Assembly (NCBI RefSeq): GCF_963506605.1
Contig: NC_083277.1
Location: forward strand, 36,394,001 to 36,458,000
Source: Zootoca vivipara
Lineage: Eukaryota
Length of the DNA: 64,000 nt
Direction of reading: 5' to 3'
Part shown: piece by piece, positions 1 through 12,467 of the stretch
How the letters are laid out: the number at the start of each line of letters is the position of its first letter
Position numbering within the stretch: the first letter of the stretch is position 1
Made by a program: the position numbers and the translations under genes
The notes under the pieces: model-generated
Database searches by the model: none
What the model saw: the letters and a program-made list of their open reading frames with translations, nothing else
Told to the model about the DNA's origin: nothing

Positions 1-513
1 GCTACAAAACTAGACAGTATTAATATCCTCCTTTTCTTCTACATTCTTAATTCATTTAGAGTTCAGAACCTCAAAGGCACATACTAAAAAGGATCAGTCA
101 TGTTCATTACTCCATACTGAAATACGGAACATTAAATATGCAAACTGAATTACTTTGTGATTATAAATAAATATGCAATATCAATGTATGCAAGCCTTAC
201 CCACCAGAATGTCAGGCATGCCCAACACATTGTCAAAAGACCAACAGTAGCAGCCAACCCTTAAAGGACTATTTTGAAAGGGAAAGACACAAGTTTGTAA
301 ATAAGTAGCTCAGCAAACCTCCTCCCCCAAGAAACCAGCTGAGGAGCATACCGAATCTCTGTTACCATTTTTTTTTTCATTTCCTCAACCACCTCTGCTC
401 CCATCAGTCATCTGAAAAGGCCCATCTCTCTGAGATCACATTGAAGACTGCATTTATTCAACAAGCCTGGGTCTCTTGTGCCTCCTTTCAGAAATAGAAA
501 CATATAGGCTTAC
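1..513 (-). other. SRGAP3: Partial intron 2 of SRGAP3
   Basis: Begins with the GTAAG donor directly after the exon. Confidence 0.85.
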
Positions 514-709
514 TTGAACTGATGGTGTTCCCTGGAGCTGCGAATCTTGGAAGAAAATCTTTCCGCAAGTTTTTCTAAGTTCCTAGAATACTCCAGTTCA
601 ATCTCAGCCTTTCTGCGGAAGAACTCCTGGAGGTCTTGCAGGAGCTGCAACCGGGATTCAGACTGCTGTTCTAGGCATTTGAACTGTTCCACCAACTGGG
701 TACGAATTT
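514..709 (-). CDS. SRGAP3: SRGAP3 (SLIT-ROBO Rho GTPase-activating protein 3) coding exon 2, N-terminal part of the F-BAR domain
   Basis: Translation EIRTQLVEQFKCLEQQSESRLQLLQDLQEFFRRKAEIELEYSRNLEKLAERFSSKIRSSREHHQFK matches the remembered SRGAP3 sequence better than SRGAP1/2. Acceptor ttttgtgtgtccag|AA (AG at 711-710, phase 1); donor AA|gtaagc (GT at 513-512, phase 2); 196 nt. Confidence 0.95.
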
Positions 710-1285
710 CTGGACACACAAAACAGAAAGCAAAACAGCATTACAAACAAATGGTAACAGAGCCTGTAAGCGCTCATTTATTTTGCTGCCCTACTAAAGA
801 CCTCTCACATTGACAGCACTATACTGAGCATGCCCAGATAAGTACAGATTAACAGGCTACATAAACGGATTAACTTCACATAAGTACATAAATACATAAA
901 CAGATTGACTTTAAACCTTTAAACACTGGGGGAAGGGGAATCCTCTCTTATATACCCTTGTAAGGGGGAAAGCAACTGGACTGAAACTGAAGTGTCAGCG
1001 GTGAGATTAGATTGAGAAATAATTTCCAGCGTCTCAAAGAAATGAAATAAAAGTGTGGGGCATGGGTGGTTGCATTACTAGAAGACTAGTAATATATTCA
1101 TTTATTAATATATTTTTTACACTCTATCTTTTTTCCATGCACAACTTGGGGTCCAGCAAATGAACACCTTTACTAAAATTACATGTCACTGAAATCAAGC
1201 AGAATTTGACTGAAATTAAGCAGGACATTCAGAATTTAAGGATTTGAAAGCATACCTTTAAATATATAAAATAAAATAAAATGAT

Positions 1286-1335
1286 TATAATATAATATAA
1301 TATAATATAATATAATATAATATAATATAATATAA
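1286..1335. repeat. (TATAA)10 microsatellite
   Basis: Direct reading. Confidence 0.95.
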
Positions 1336-3786
1336 TTACAGCCATGCCATCTGTGTTTGTGGGGCCTCCAATATTTCTGATGTCTAAAATATTTGACAAA
1401 TTACTACTGTGTGGTAACTGCTAACAATTACTGACATTAAGCAACGTTAGATTCACCAATCTGAAACACACGCACATATATACATACATATATATATATA
1501 TATTAAAGCAAGTGCTTTTGCAATACAATAGTGTGACAATGATTGAACAGAGATGGTGGTGGTGGTGATTTATACCCCACCCATCTGGCCGGGCCTTCCC
1601 GGCCACTTTGGGAGATATTGTCCAAAATCTCCCAGGTGCAGAACATCACGTCCAATTGCTAAGGAATAAATAGTGGTAACAATTCTAACTTCCATTGAAG
1701 CTCAGGTCCTTGAATCCAAGATACCTGAGGTCTGCTTTTTGTCCCTTGGTAGTATAGTCCTGATTTTTTTATTAAAAAATGCACTGAAGTGGTCAGAGGA
1801 CTTGTTCTCAGGTTGAAAGGATACCCAATATCGTATGGTGGCCTGGTAGTGGGCCCCACTGTTTCCCTTGCATGTGCCCACCTCCACTGCCACATTCACC
1901 ACATCCTTCTCAGGACCAAAAGAAGATCTGGCAGAAACAGGATAGCCAGCAGGAAGGAAAGAACCAGCTAGGACTATAGTTGCTATGCTGCTCCAGCGCA
2001 TGCACTCTGCTGTTGGGTCACAGCCAACCAAGTGCACGCACAATCTGACCACAGCATGGCAGGGTGCCATAGATTATGTCATGTGCGCACTGGCTGCCTT
2101 CCTGCTGGCTCCTTGGTTTCTCATTAGCAGTGGTACAAAGTTTTCTCTGTTTCTCACCGTGGCAGGGAGGGTGTCAGAAGCGGAGCAGGCTGGGTGCGAG
2201 TGGAGGCTCGCGGCTTGGTGCTGGGGGCCTGGAGGGAGGCCAGCAGGCTGGAGGCAAGATGGCTAGTGGGTGAAGGAGCCTGTTTGTGTGTTGGTCTATG
2301 TGAGCGAGTGACAAGGGGAGAGGGAAAAGGCTCAGTGGGGGAGAGGGGCTTTCATTTGTATGCAAAGATATGTGTTACAGAGGGATAGGACCCTTCAGGC
2401 TTTGGGCTCCCTCACCACCAATTAGTGGTACCCCACCCACCTCCATCTTGCTCAGGAAATGCAGCCCTCTTCCCAAAGAAGTTGCCTTCCCTGCCCTGGA
2501 ATTTTAGCTGCAAGGAGCAGAGAAATAATGCAAAGCAATTTTCACTTCATTTGTAGTTCGGCCTGTTCCAGCCACACTCTCAGATGCATCTAGAACCGAC
2601 AACTTTCAGAGATAAGTTTATAGACTAACATGCACCCAACAGCAGCTTTACATGAAATATATCGAGATAAATTGGTTGCTTCCCATGCTGATGTTTATCA
2701 AGTTATAGCTGTATTCAGTAATATCTGTCAGATTAATATGCCCTGTTTAGTAAATCAGGCTCTCTTACATGATATATCGCCTTGTACATCAAGAGAAAAA
2801 GCATTGTTTCCTTTTGACGTTTATCTCCTGCCACAAAAAAACCAACAGCTTCCCCAAACACAACTTCACTTTTAAAGCCTCTTAGATAATGTAGCAGAGT
2901 CTGCAAATCTCTTTAAACAGGATTGATCCTTGGAAGACAAACAATCAGAACTGGGAAAGAGCAATATTTTAACTCTTAGCCTCTATTTTTAAAAGTGGCC
3001 TCTGGCTGCTAGAAGAACAATACCCCCATCTGTATTTATGGGTGTGGATATAGAAAACAAAACAAAAACACTGCCACCCCCACTTTCTGTTGAATATTGA
3101 AAATACTTACGTGTTATTTTTTTCTGAATGGTTAAGGGAAAGAGGAGTAGCTATCCCTTCTTTCAGATGAAAACAAAATTCCATTTGAATCTAACCAGAC
3201 TCTGCAATCACCATCAAAATCATTCAACTCTACAGTTCTAAAATTCTATGACTCTCTGTGTACATCTGCTGAAGGAGGTATGGAGGGTGGCAACCAGAAA
3301 ATGGACTGTTTCATGGCAGGTTGGGTATGTTTACCCCATTCAAGTCCAGACATTTTATTTTATTTTATTTTTACTAGTTGGTAAAAACCTTCGTTCTAAA
3401 GAAATGGTTTTCAAAAGAAATGGTTTTGGCTGAACATCTTCCTACTCTTGCTTGCTTGCATACATGTGAAAAATGAAGATTTGTCAGTTAAGCCCTATTC
3501 AGATGTTTCCCCTCGTCTGATGACAATTGTGCAAGGAGGGAGAGGGAGGTTGCACTTCCCTGCTCATCACCCAGTCCACATGGCCCCTTACACAAGGGTG
3601 ACTTGCAACTTTCATTGTAAGGGTAAATTAGGACCCTGCAAGATCAATATTCTAAATCATGCTGCGTCTCTACACAACTAGAGAAAGCTCCCCACTGCAG
3701 AACTGCAGCCTACAACAAATGAAAGGCTGCAGGAATGGGGATGGGGATGTGAGAGAGGTGCGGGGCCGGAAAGTGTGATCCCACTA

Positions 3787-3976
3787 CATAGGAGCCAACT
3801 CCAAGGGGCCGTGGGGGCTTCAGCCCCCGCAATGAAATATTTGAGGGGGCCGGGCCCCCACAAAATTGATGGGCATTCCCATTAAAATGGGATGTGTGCA
3901 CTGTGCCATGTGACTGATTATGTAGGGCAGGGCTTACCTGGGCCCCCACAATATTTTATTCAAGTTGGCACCCCTG
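3787..3976. mobile_element. Non-autonomous hAT-type MITE
   Basis: Imperfect TIRs cataggagccaact / agttggcacccctg; diverged 8-bp TSD tcccacta / tctcactt. Confidence 0.65.
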
Positions 3977-5372
3977 TCTCACTTTCCTCCCTCGCACAAG
4001 TGTAATTGTGCAAGAGGCAACACCTGAAAAAGGCTATAGTGAATAGGGCACAGAGGTTGCAGTCATGTACACATTGGTGCATATATCACTTTTTACTTTA
4101 AAAATATTACCTCATCAGATTCCAGCATAAAATTTCCAGGCAGCCTTATTAAAGCCTTTAGGGTATTCATGAGAAGCAGCCATCTACCCCCCCCCCCCCC
4201 GTCATCCCCATACCTCCTGTTTTTCCTCAGCCAACCAAGGTAAAGCACAGGATAGGTCAATGCCTATTCCAAAAAAAATGATAGGGACTGTATTCCAGAC
4301 AGATCTAAAAGCACAACAGGCAATCATTGTATTCAAATCCCAGTTCTGTATTTGTTATTTTGAACTGCTGCAATATTTCGAGGTTTGGGTTGCTTATTGC
4401 CTTCTCCCAGGAAACCGTTACTGGTTATTTCTTACTATCCCCTTTCCCCCCTTTTCCATGAAGTGGTTTCTCCCAAAGAGCATATCTGAAGCACAGAGAG
4501 AGATGTTATTTATTATTCATCAGGTATCAAGCATAGTTGTCTAATTCTACTCTTAATTGGCTGCAAACAAGGATAGTAAATGCACTGGCAAAACACAATA
4601 AAGTGGGGGGGGCAGCATTTGTAGCTCCCTGGTCTATGCTGAGAAACTACTAAGCACACTCACACAGCATCCCTCATTTGATATTTTGCGGGGAAGACAA
4701 TTGGGATGGGCTCTAATTTTTAAGAAGTGGTTTATTGCCTAGATATCGATTACAGGCAGAAGCAGCTGCACACAAAGAAAAGACACACATTTATTTATTG
4801 GCTTTAACATTTGTTTTGAAAAGCAGAATTGGCCATGACTTCTTCTTTCTGAAGAACCTGAAGCATCACATTGTCTTCTGGGAACTGCCCTGTACGGTAT
4901 TTGTAGCTTTCCCAATTGAACAGTAACAGCAAAGGGACATCAGAATAATCACTGCTGCATGCCAAGAATGCTGCAGATTCCTTCTTACAGAAAGAGGTTG
5001 CTCTGTGAGGGGTGGAGCTGACACAATCAGTCCCCTGTCTTCTTCCTATTTTTGCCACACTGGCCCGAAGATCTCTAGGCAACAGTCCCTCTTTGCCAAG
5101 CACACAAACAAGCAATCACACATTTTGCTGCCGTAATCAACAGACAGTCCTTCAGCTCCACAACCCCACACAGGGCACCACGCTAATGATGTGCCACTTT
5201 GGCATTTTCAAAGTTCATGCCGGAAGTTCACCCACACATCAGCATCATCTGAGTTATGAGTAGACAAAGGTCAAACTCAACAGACACACAAACAGCTAGC
5301 TAATTGGTATCCAAAAGGCACTCAGCTGTGAGCAGACACACAAATAATGGATACAATTGGCAAACCTTAGAA

Positions 5373-5688
5373 GAGGGGTCAGCAAACTTTTTCAGCAGGG
5401 GGCCAGTCCACTCCCCCTCAGATCTTATGGGGGGCTGGACTATATCTTGGGGGGGGGGGGAATGAACGAATTCCTATGCCCCACAAATAACCCAGAGATG
5501 CACATTAAATAAAGCACACATTCTACTCATGTAAAAACACCAGGCAGGCCCCACAAATAACCCAGAGAGGCATTTTAAATAAAAGGACACATTCCACTCA
5601 TGTAAAAACACACTGATTCCCGGACCATCTGTTGGCCGGATTTAGAAGGTGATTGGGCCGGATCCAGCCCCCGAGCCTTAGTTTGCCT
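5373..5688 (+). mobile_element. hAT (Charlie/Buster-like) MITE, right TIR deleted
   Basis: Near-identical to the 6711-7031 copy, including the internal ~60-bp direct duplication (ccccacaaataacccagagatgc...catgtaaaaaca). Left flank ccttagaa; right end gtttgcctagaa lacks the TIR. Confidence 0.85.
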
Positions 5689-5946
5689 AGAATCACAGCA
5701 CTGTTGTTGTTTTTTAAAAAAAGGAAAACAGGATTGAAGCAGAAGATAAAGGAAGGGGGCTAATATAAAATAGCCAGGAAACCATGTGGCAGTGTTAAGA
5801 AAGAAGAAGAAAAATCTGTAACTAGCCTTTTATAGGGATTGAAAAGTTTAAAAAATATTTAAAATGACCAAATGAGCTTACTTAAAATGATAAATTCAGG
5901 TTTACAATCATGATCACTTTGAACTGACAATAATGGCAATTTGGGT

Positions 5947-5997
5947 TTTCTGTGGAATGACGCTTTCTGTGGAATGAAGCTTTCTGTGGAATTCAGC
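5947..5997. repeat. 17-bp tandem repeat x3 (tttctgtggaatgaagc) inside a degenerate MITE
   Basis: Direct reading. Confidence 0.85.
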
Positions 5998-6478
5998 AGC
6001 AAAGAGTGGGGTTTTTGTGGGGAAAGCAGGGGGGGGGAGTGCTCGGACAAAGACCTGGAAAGCCTAGGAATTTAGAACACAGTCTCCTTTCTGTGTCTGC
6101 TTTGCCTGCTTCAGAAAGGTATTATCCACTAAATGAATCCAGGTATTTTCCACAATTTTCTGAGTAAGTGCACACATTCCATTACACTATTCGCATAAGG
6201 GACTTAAAAGGGGGGGGGGTAACAGAAACCAAAGCAGATGTCCCTGGAAAATTGTCCAGTTGCTCCAAAATACAAAAAGCAGCAAGCAAGAATGAGCTTC
6301 TAATAAAGAGAACTACACTGTAAGGAAAAAAAACAGGACAATGTTGACTAGACCACCAAAATACTGATGGACAACAAAAGAGGTTTAAAGACACTCTCAA
6401 AGCAAATAAAATAATTGTAATATAAGCACTGATAACTGGGAAACACTGGCCCGTGAGCACTCCAATTGGAGAACAACC

Positions 6479-7200
6479 CCCTGTTCGAAACTCCCATTGC
6501 TCTAGGCACATTTTAACAACAGGGAATTTCATCAGTGCGAACAGTTCCTGGGCTCTGGGTGCAGGGCTGCACCCAAGATTTCAGATTAAAACTGCAGAGT
6601 GGAAGGAAAAGAGGACCTTTTTCTGCCTCCCCACTTCCAGATACTCTCTGAAGATTGGAGAAGAGACCTTCTTAAGAATATTAGGGGGGTGGGCAGGAGA
6701 AGGACTAGACCAGGGGTCAGCAAACTTTTTCAGTAGGGGGCCGGTCCACTGTCCCTCAGACCTTGTGGGGGGCCGGACTATATTTTGAAGAAAAAAATGA
6801 ACGAATTCCTATGCCCCACAAATAACCTAGAGATGCATTTTAAATAAAAGGACACATTCTGCTCATGTAAAAACACCAGGTAGGCCCCACAAATAACATA
6901 GAGATGCATTTTAAATAAAAGGACACATTCTACTCATGTAAAAACATGCTGATTCCTGGACCATCTGTGGGCCGGATTTAGAAGGTGATTGGGCCGCATC
7001 TGGCCCCCGGGCCTTAGTTTGGGGACCCCTGGACTAGACGATGTGAAAAATGAGCATAATATTTTAGCTGCAGTTGATTCATATCCAGCTTTGTATTCTT
7101 GTTATTAAAAAAAAGTGCGCCTAGACATTTCTTTGTTGCGCCCATAACCTAGGTTTAGGTGCCATTTAGCTCCTAGCTTTCATATCTGTTTCTAACACTG
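6479..7200. mobile_element. Older non-autonomous hAT element inserted in the RTE LINE
   Basis: Imperfect TIRs ccctgttcgaaac / gtttctaacactg (10/13); 8-bp TSD gaacaacc (6471-6478) / gaacagcc (7201-7208). The RTE sequence resumes after it. Confidence 0.65.
6711..7031 (+). mobile_element. hAT (Charlie/Buster-like) MITE, intact
   Basis: TIRs caggggtcagcaaact / agtttggggacccctg; perfect 8-bp TSD gactagac (6703-6710, 7032-7039). Confidence 0.92.
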
Positions 7201-7374
7201 GAACAGCCTTTACTGTCATGGACTTTGAAGAAGCACAAACTCAGGGCAAAAAGGAGAAACGAGCTAAGAGGAAGGCACACTTGGCAAACCCTCAACGCGA
7301 TCAATTCCCACCGGGAAACCTATGTACCCACTGTGGAAGGACATGTGGATCCAGAATTGACCTCTACAGTCACT

Positions 7375-8312
7375 TTGTTGTTGGTTAGTCATTTAGTCGT
7401 GTCCGACTCTTCGTGACCCCATGGACCAGAGCACGCCAGGCACTCCTGTCTTGCACTGCCTCCTGCAGTTTGGTCAGACTCATGTTGGTGGCTTCGAGAA
7501 CACTGTCCAACCATCTCGTCCTCTGTCGTCCCCTTCTCCTAGTGCCCTCCATCTTTCCCAACATCAGGGTCTTTTCCAAGGAGTCTTCTCTTCTCATGAG
7601 GTGGCCAAAGTATTGGAGCCTCAGCTTCACGATTTGTCCCTCCAGTGAGCACTCGGGGCTGATTTCCTTCAGAATGGATAGGTTTGATCTTCTTGCAGTC
7701 CATGGGACTCTCAAGAGTCTCCTCCAGCACCATAATTCAAAAGCATTAATTCTTCGGCGATCAGCCTTCTTTATGGTCCAGCTCTCACTTCCATACATCA
7801 CTACTGGGAAAACCATAGCTTTAACTATACAGACCTTTGTTGGCAAGGTAATGTCTCTGCTTTTTAAGATGCTGTCTAGGTTTGTCATTGCTTTTCTCCC
7901 AAGAATCAGGTGTATTTTAATTTCCTGACTGCTGTCACCATCTGCAGTGATCATGGAACCCAAGAAAGTAAAATCTCTCACTGCCTCCATTTCTTCCCCT
8001 TCTATTTGCCAGGAGGCGATGGGACTAGTGGCCATGATATTAGGTTTTTTTTTTATGTTGAGCTTCAGACCATATTTTGCGCTCTCCTCTTTCACCCTCA
8101 TTAAAAGGTTCTTTAATTCCTCCTCACTTTCTGCCATCAAGGTTGTGTCATCAGCATATCTGAGGTTGTTGATATTTCTTCCGGCAATCTTAATTCCGGC
8201 TTGGGATTCATCCAGTGCAGCCTTTCACATGATGAATTATGCATATAAGTTAAATAAGCAGGGAGACAATATACAGCCTTGTCGTACTCCTTTCCCAATT
8301 TTGAACCAATCA
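7375..8312 (-). mobile_element. BovB (RTE clade) LINE, 5'-truncated, RT C-terminal region
   Basis: ORF 7385-8140 MAESEEELKNLLMRVKEESAKYGLKLNIKK...VKAMVFPVVMYGSESWTIKKADRRRINAFELWCWRRLLRVPW...GVTKSRTRLND is typical BovB. (CAA)n tail; short TSD tcact. Confidence 0.95.
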
Positions 8313-10192
8313 CTCACAGGCTCACTATTAAGACCGTTTTCATGGAAGACAATCTTACTCGGCTGCAAGTGATCATCAAAGAAGAAGGTTTCAGTAAAAC
8401 AGGTGCATATATATGGATTGTCCTAAACCAATAACTTTTCCCTGTTGACAAACACAGAGATGATGTAAAGGCATACATAAGCAGAAGGTGCCAGAGTGCC
8501 AGCTGTCCACACACAGAGAAAAAGAACAACCAAATGCCCTAAACATACAGAACTCTGTTTGGCCTTGAGTTACTGCAAGCCTTTTCGCAGGTTCAAGCCT
8601 GTAACTAACACTCTACACACATGAGCGTCTCAAATGCTTCCCTGCACAGGCCATAAATTAGGCTTGCTTTAATATATTTTTTCCTGGTTTGTTCTCTTTG
8701 CCCTGCACCCTCCTGAGAAGATCCAGGCTCTGAAAAAGGCAGCTGCTTCTGGCATAGACAGACAAAAGAAGGGGGTTTCTCTAGCAACGGGGATCAGATG
8801 AAAGCTTTCAGAACCTCCTCCCTTCTCAGGTTTCTTTTCAGCATAGTGGTGTTCACACAACTCCCACAGAGCCTTAGACGCAGAAGTGACCAAGATTTTT
8901 TTGGAGGGGGGGTTGGAGGGTGAACAGAGGATGAATCAATTGAATGTGTACTGTGCTCCTTCAATTTCCTGGTCTTTTCAGTAGCTTTAGAAGCAGATGG
9001 CCCAGAAACTGAGAATTCTCTTATTCCAATTTCCCTGCTCATAACCCTAGCAAAGGAATCCGTCGGTGGAAGTTCAAGTCAAAAAGTCAAGGATATTTTC
9101 CTGCAATTCTCCCCCAAATTCTCCCATCTTTCCTGATCACTTCAAGTGCTTGACTACGGAATATTCAAAACTTGCTATTTTAAGCCCAGACCTGTAAAAA
9201 CTCACGATGCATCCAGACTGTCCAAACCACTTCCAGTGATAGCATATAATTTAGAGTAGCCTTCCACAGTGTGGTGCCTTCCAGTTGTTTTGGAGCGCAA
9301 TTCCCATCTTCCCTGATCACTGGCCATGCTGGCTGAAGCTGGTAGAAGTTATAGTCCAAAACCAGGGAAATTTAGAGACACTCCTTTACTTGGGACACTT
9401 TGCCAACCTTACCAAATTTGGTAATTTGTGAAATCAGCCAAAGGTCACGTTCAGCTGGAGAAAGGCAGGACACTGTCTGTACTTCTAGGTGAACTATTTA
9501 TCTAGCATTCATCCCGATTTGTTTGCACAGTTTATGCAGATGTTATACAACATCCACTGCTTGCATGTTCAGATTGGTTTGCAAGGAGGTTATACAAGGT
9601 TGCATCAAGCAACTGTTATCTCACACTTCCCAGTAATTTATTTATTTATTTATTTTTTATTATTATTATAATTATCATCATCATCAACAACAACAACAAC
9701 ATCATTATTATTTATGCCCCGCCCATCTGGCTTGGTTTCCCCAGTGCATTTTTCTCCTCACTTTCCTTACTGCAAAAAAAGTCCGTTTTTGTTTGGAAGC
9801 AGGTCTGTTGCACAAGAACACCAAATCTACTTTGTATAATCTGAATTTGCCAGTTTGTGATTGAATTCCATTCACCAAACATCAACAATCTGGAAGCGAA
9901 CTCATTCTCTGCAGTTTTAAAAAGTTGATTTTTATGCTCAGGGACTCAAAATCTTTGTACAACTTGGGTGCAAAAAAGGAACTTATGAGTTGGATAATGG
10001 GCAACCTGTACCTAGCAGCGTTTCTAGATCAGTCAGTACAGATTTACAGACAGCGCACCTGCAATGTTCTCGGCCTCATCTGCCAGAGAAGACAATTCTG
10101 ACAATTTTGCACAGGAACAATAGAGGCAACTGAACTCCAAATGGTAAATTTGAACTAGCATTCTTTCACCACAGCCAACAAATTTAAATGTC

Positions 10193-10539
10193 ATGCAGGT
10201 GGCGCTGTGGGTTAAACCACAGAGCCTAGGGCTTGCCGATCTGAAGGTCAGTGGTTCGAATCCCCGCGACGGGGTAAGCTCCCGTTGTTCGGTTCCTGCT
10301 CCTGCCAACCTAGCAGTTCGAAAGCACATCAGTAGATAAATAGGTACCGCTCTGGCGGGAAGGTAAATGCCATTTCCGTGTGCTACTCTGGTTCACCAGA
10401 AGCGGTTTAGTCATGCTGGCCACATGACACGGAAGCTGTACACCAGCTCCCTCGGCTAGTAAGGCGAGATGAGCGCTGCAACCCCAGAGTCGTCTGTGAC
10501 TGGACCTAATGGTCAGGGTTCCCTTTACCTTTACCTTTA
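10193..10539 (+). mobile_element. Sauria SINE
   Basis: tRNA-like head (ggtggcgctgtgggttaaa, B-box ggttcgaatccc), core gccaacctagcagttcgaaagcac, tail (ACCTTT)n. Confidence 0.92.
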
Positions 10540-12299
10540 GTGCCCTTACTTTCTATAGAACCTTGAATTCCTTATGACAAGCAGAATCAAAGAACTGGAA
10601 GGACCCTCAAAGGGCATCTAATTCAACCCTCTCCTCCCAAAGCTGGAAATCTACTACCCCACTATTTCTGATCATGTTACATTATTTAGCAGAGGCTGGA
10701 TGGCTACCTAACAGGATTTTTGGCATAACTAAAGCTTTACAGCTTCAGAAATATAACAAGGGCACAAGAATATTGGTGATAAAATAACTCTCTTTTGCTT
10801 AATTTTTGAGATACACCAGGCACCACAATCTGCACTTTAAGGAAACAATGGAATATATTTTTTGTTCCGACAGGCTTTCCCAGCTGGATTAATGGATTGC
10901 TTCCGTGAGTGTCTATTTTACATTGTTTATGTTTTGCTTTAAATATGTGTTTTTGTGTTTAACTGTTTTTTGGCTTTAAAAAAAATCAGACATCACACAT
11001 TGAGATGATTGATGAAGATAATGAACTTTGATAATCAGAACTGCACTTGAAAGAAAATAATCTGAGTGGAGCCTTAGGAAAACAATTGCTTGGAAGTGAC
11101 TCTCTCTCTAAAATGCTGGACAACACACAAAAAGCGAACTTTTTAGTGCCTTGGTGCAATAAACTTGCTCAGCATCACACTCAGCTTCTCCAACACACCA
11201 CCTCTCACATAGAGGCTAACAATGTTTTTAAAAGGGGAATCGGTTCGGTTTTCTTAATGGGAAAGTGCTTTCTGCCTCCTGCCATGTACCAGTTGCTTGG
11301 TACTTCTGAAAAGCAGTTTATCCAGTTATTTATCAAAGCTGCCCTTAAAAAATGCCACCCAAAGTGATCACACAAAGATTTTCTACTTTCCAGCTGAGGT
11401 TTTAATTGAAACTTGCATCACCTCAATAAGGAACCTTGCAGCCTCCTGCCCTAAAGCCAGCCAGATGGTCATCTCTCCTCCCTTAACAAGAATGGAAAGT
11501 CATAAAACAGTTTAAGATAGCTAGGAAGAGAGGATGAATAGTAATTCCAGATTAGAAAAGACTCATTCTTGGAATTTAAATTCAGTACATTAAGTCAAAT
11601 CATAAGCAAATGAATTGCTTTGTGCTTCTTTTCTTGAACAACAGTCCAATAGTTTTTTAAAAACTCAACATGTTATGGCTAATATAAAAAAAAATCTGCG
11701 GCACAATTGCCTACAGGGTCATCATAGCCATCTAAAATGGATCAGTTCAGAATAATCAGCTCTAGCATTTGGATTTTCCAATATGTGGTTCGTCCCATCC
11801 ACTTTCCTAAGTGAACATGCAGTGCCAAGATGAACATACAGTTTAAGTGTGTGAAGTGATAAATGAGAATCACTAGTTAGTGGTGAGCAAACCTAGAGGT
11901 GTGTGGGGTCTTTTGAGGCACTCAGAAAGCAACAGGACAGTTTCCTGCTTCTGGGTGTCCCTGAGGCCCAGAACAAGGCTGGAGACAATATACTATGCTT
12001 CCCTCAACTCAGATAAGAGGCACTTTTATGGTCTCTATAAGCCCACCTCAAATTAGAGTTTATAAAGCTGGGTTGTTTCAAGCAACCATAGTTAATATTA
12101 CCCACTGTTTAGGGTTTGGGTGAAATGAAAAGCTGTCATTTAACTAAACCAGAAGCAACAGCTTCTGAACTCCTGTTCATGATGGTGCAGAGTGGAAGCA
12201 TAGGAGGAACCTGAGGCTTGTTGCAGTGCATTCTTGTCACACTTAGGACTCATCCAAGCAGTTTTCTGCTTGTCCCGTGCTTGCTAGGCACAGGTCTGC

Positions 12300-12467
12300 A
12301 TGGTTTTGCCTTTGACCCACCACTTTCCCCTAGAAAACCCATTCTTTAGTGCTAAATCAGAATGGCAACCCATGAAAAATCTGATTGCTGTTTGTTGCTA
12401 TTCAGCGCTAAAGATAGTGTTTCCCTGGGGGAAAGTAGAAGGGCAAATGGAGGTGTGGATAAGGCCC
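12300..12467. mobile_element. Degenerate palindromic MITE (PIF/Harbinger-like); related pieces at 16212-16375 and 16443-16640
   Basis: Self-complementary body (ctttagtgctaaat...attcagcgctaaag) and terminus gtgtggataaggcc, matching the gggcttatcc starts at ~16212 and ~16443. Confidence 0.5.

Larger units (their letters stand above)
6360..8387 (+). mobile_element. RTE-1-type LINE 3' end, split into 6360-6478, 7201-7374 and 8315-8387 by later insertions
   Basis: Pieces translate to consecutive RTE C-terminal motifs: GQQKRFKDTLKAN...NWETLAREHSNWRT, then FEEAQTQGKKEKRAKRK...LCTHCGRTCGSRIDLYSH, then SQAHY* (C2H2 motif). Ends in a (GAA)n tail. Confidence 0.8.

Noticed and set aside
510-719. ORF-track start MCP and stop at 510 as a standalone 69-aa gene
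   Set aside because: The start is intronic acceptor sequence and the stop lies in the GTAAG donor; this is an internal exon.
1790-2430. GC-richer block with several overlapping ORFs
   Set aside because: No recognisable protein similarity, splice structure or clear TE termini; probably an old unclassified repeat.
7385-8140. 251-aa ORF as a host gene
   Set aside because: It is a BovB reverse-transcriptase fragment, with related copies at 19787 and 42427.
10193-10270. tRNA genes here and at 39132 and 47626
   Set aside because: A/B-box heads run into SINE bodies, with no intact cloverleaf.
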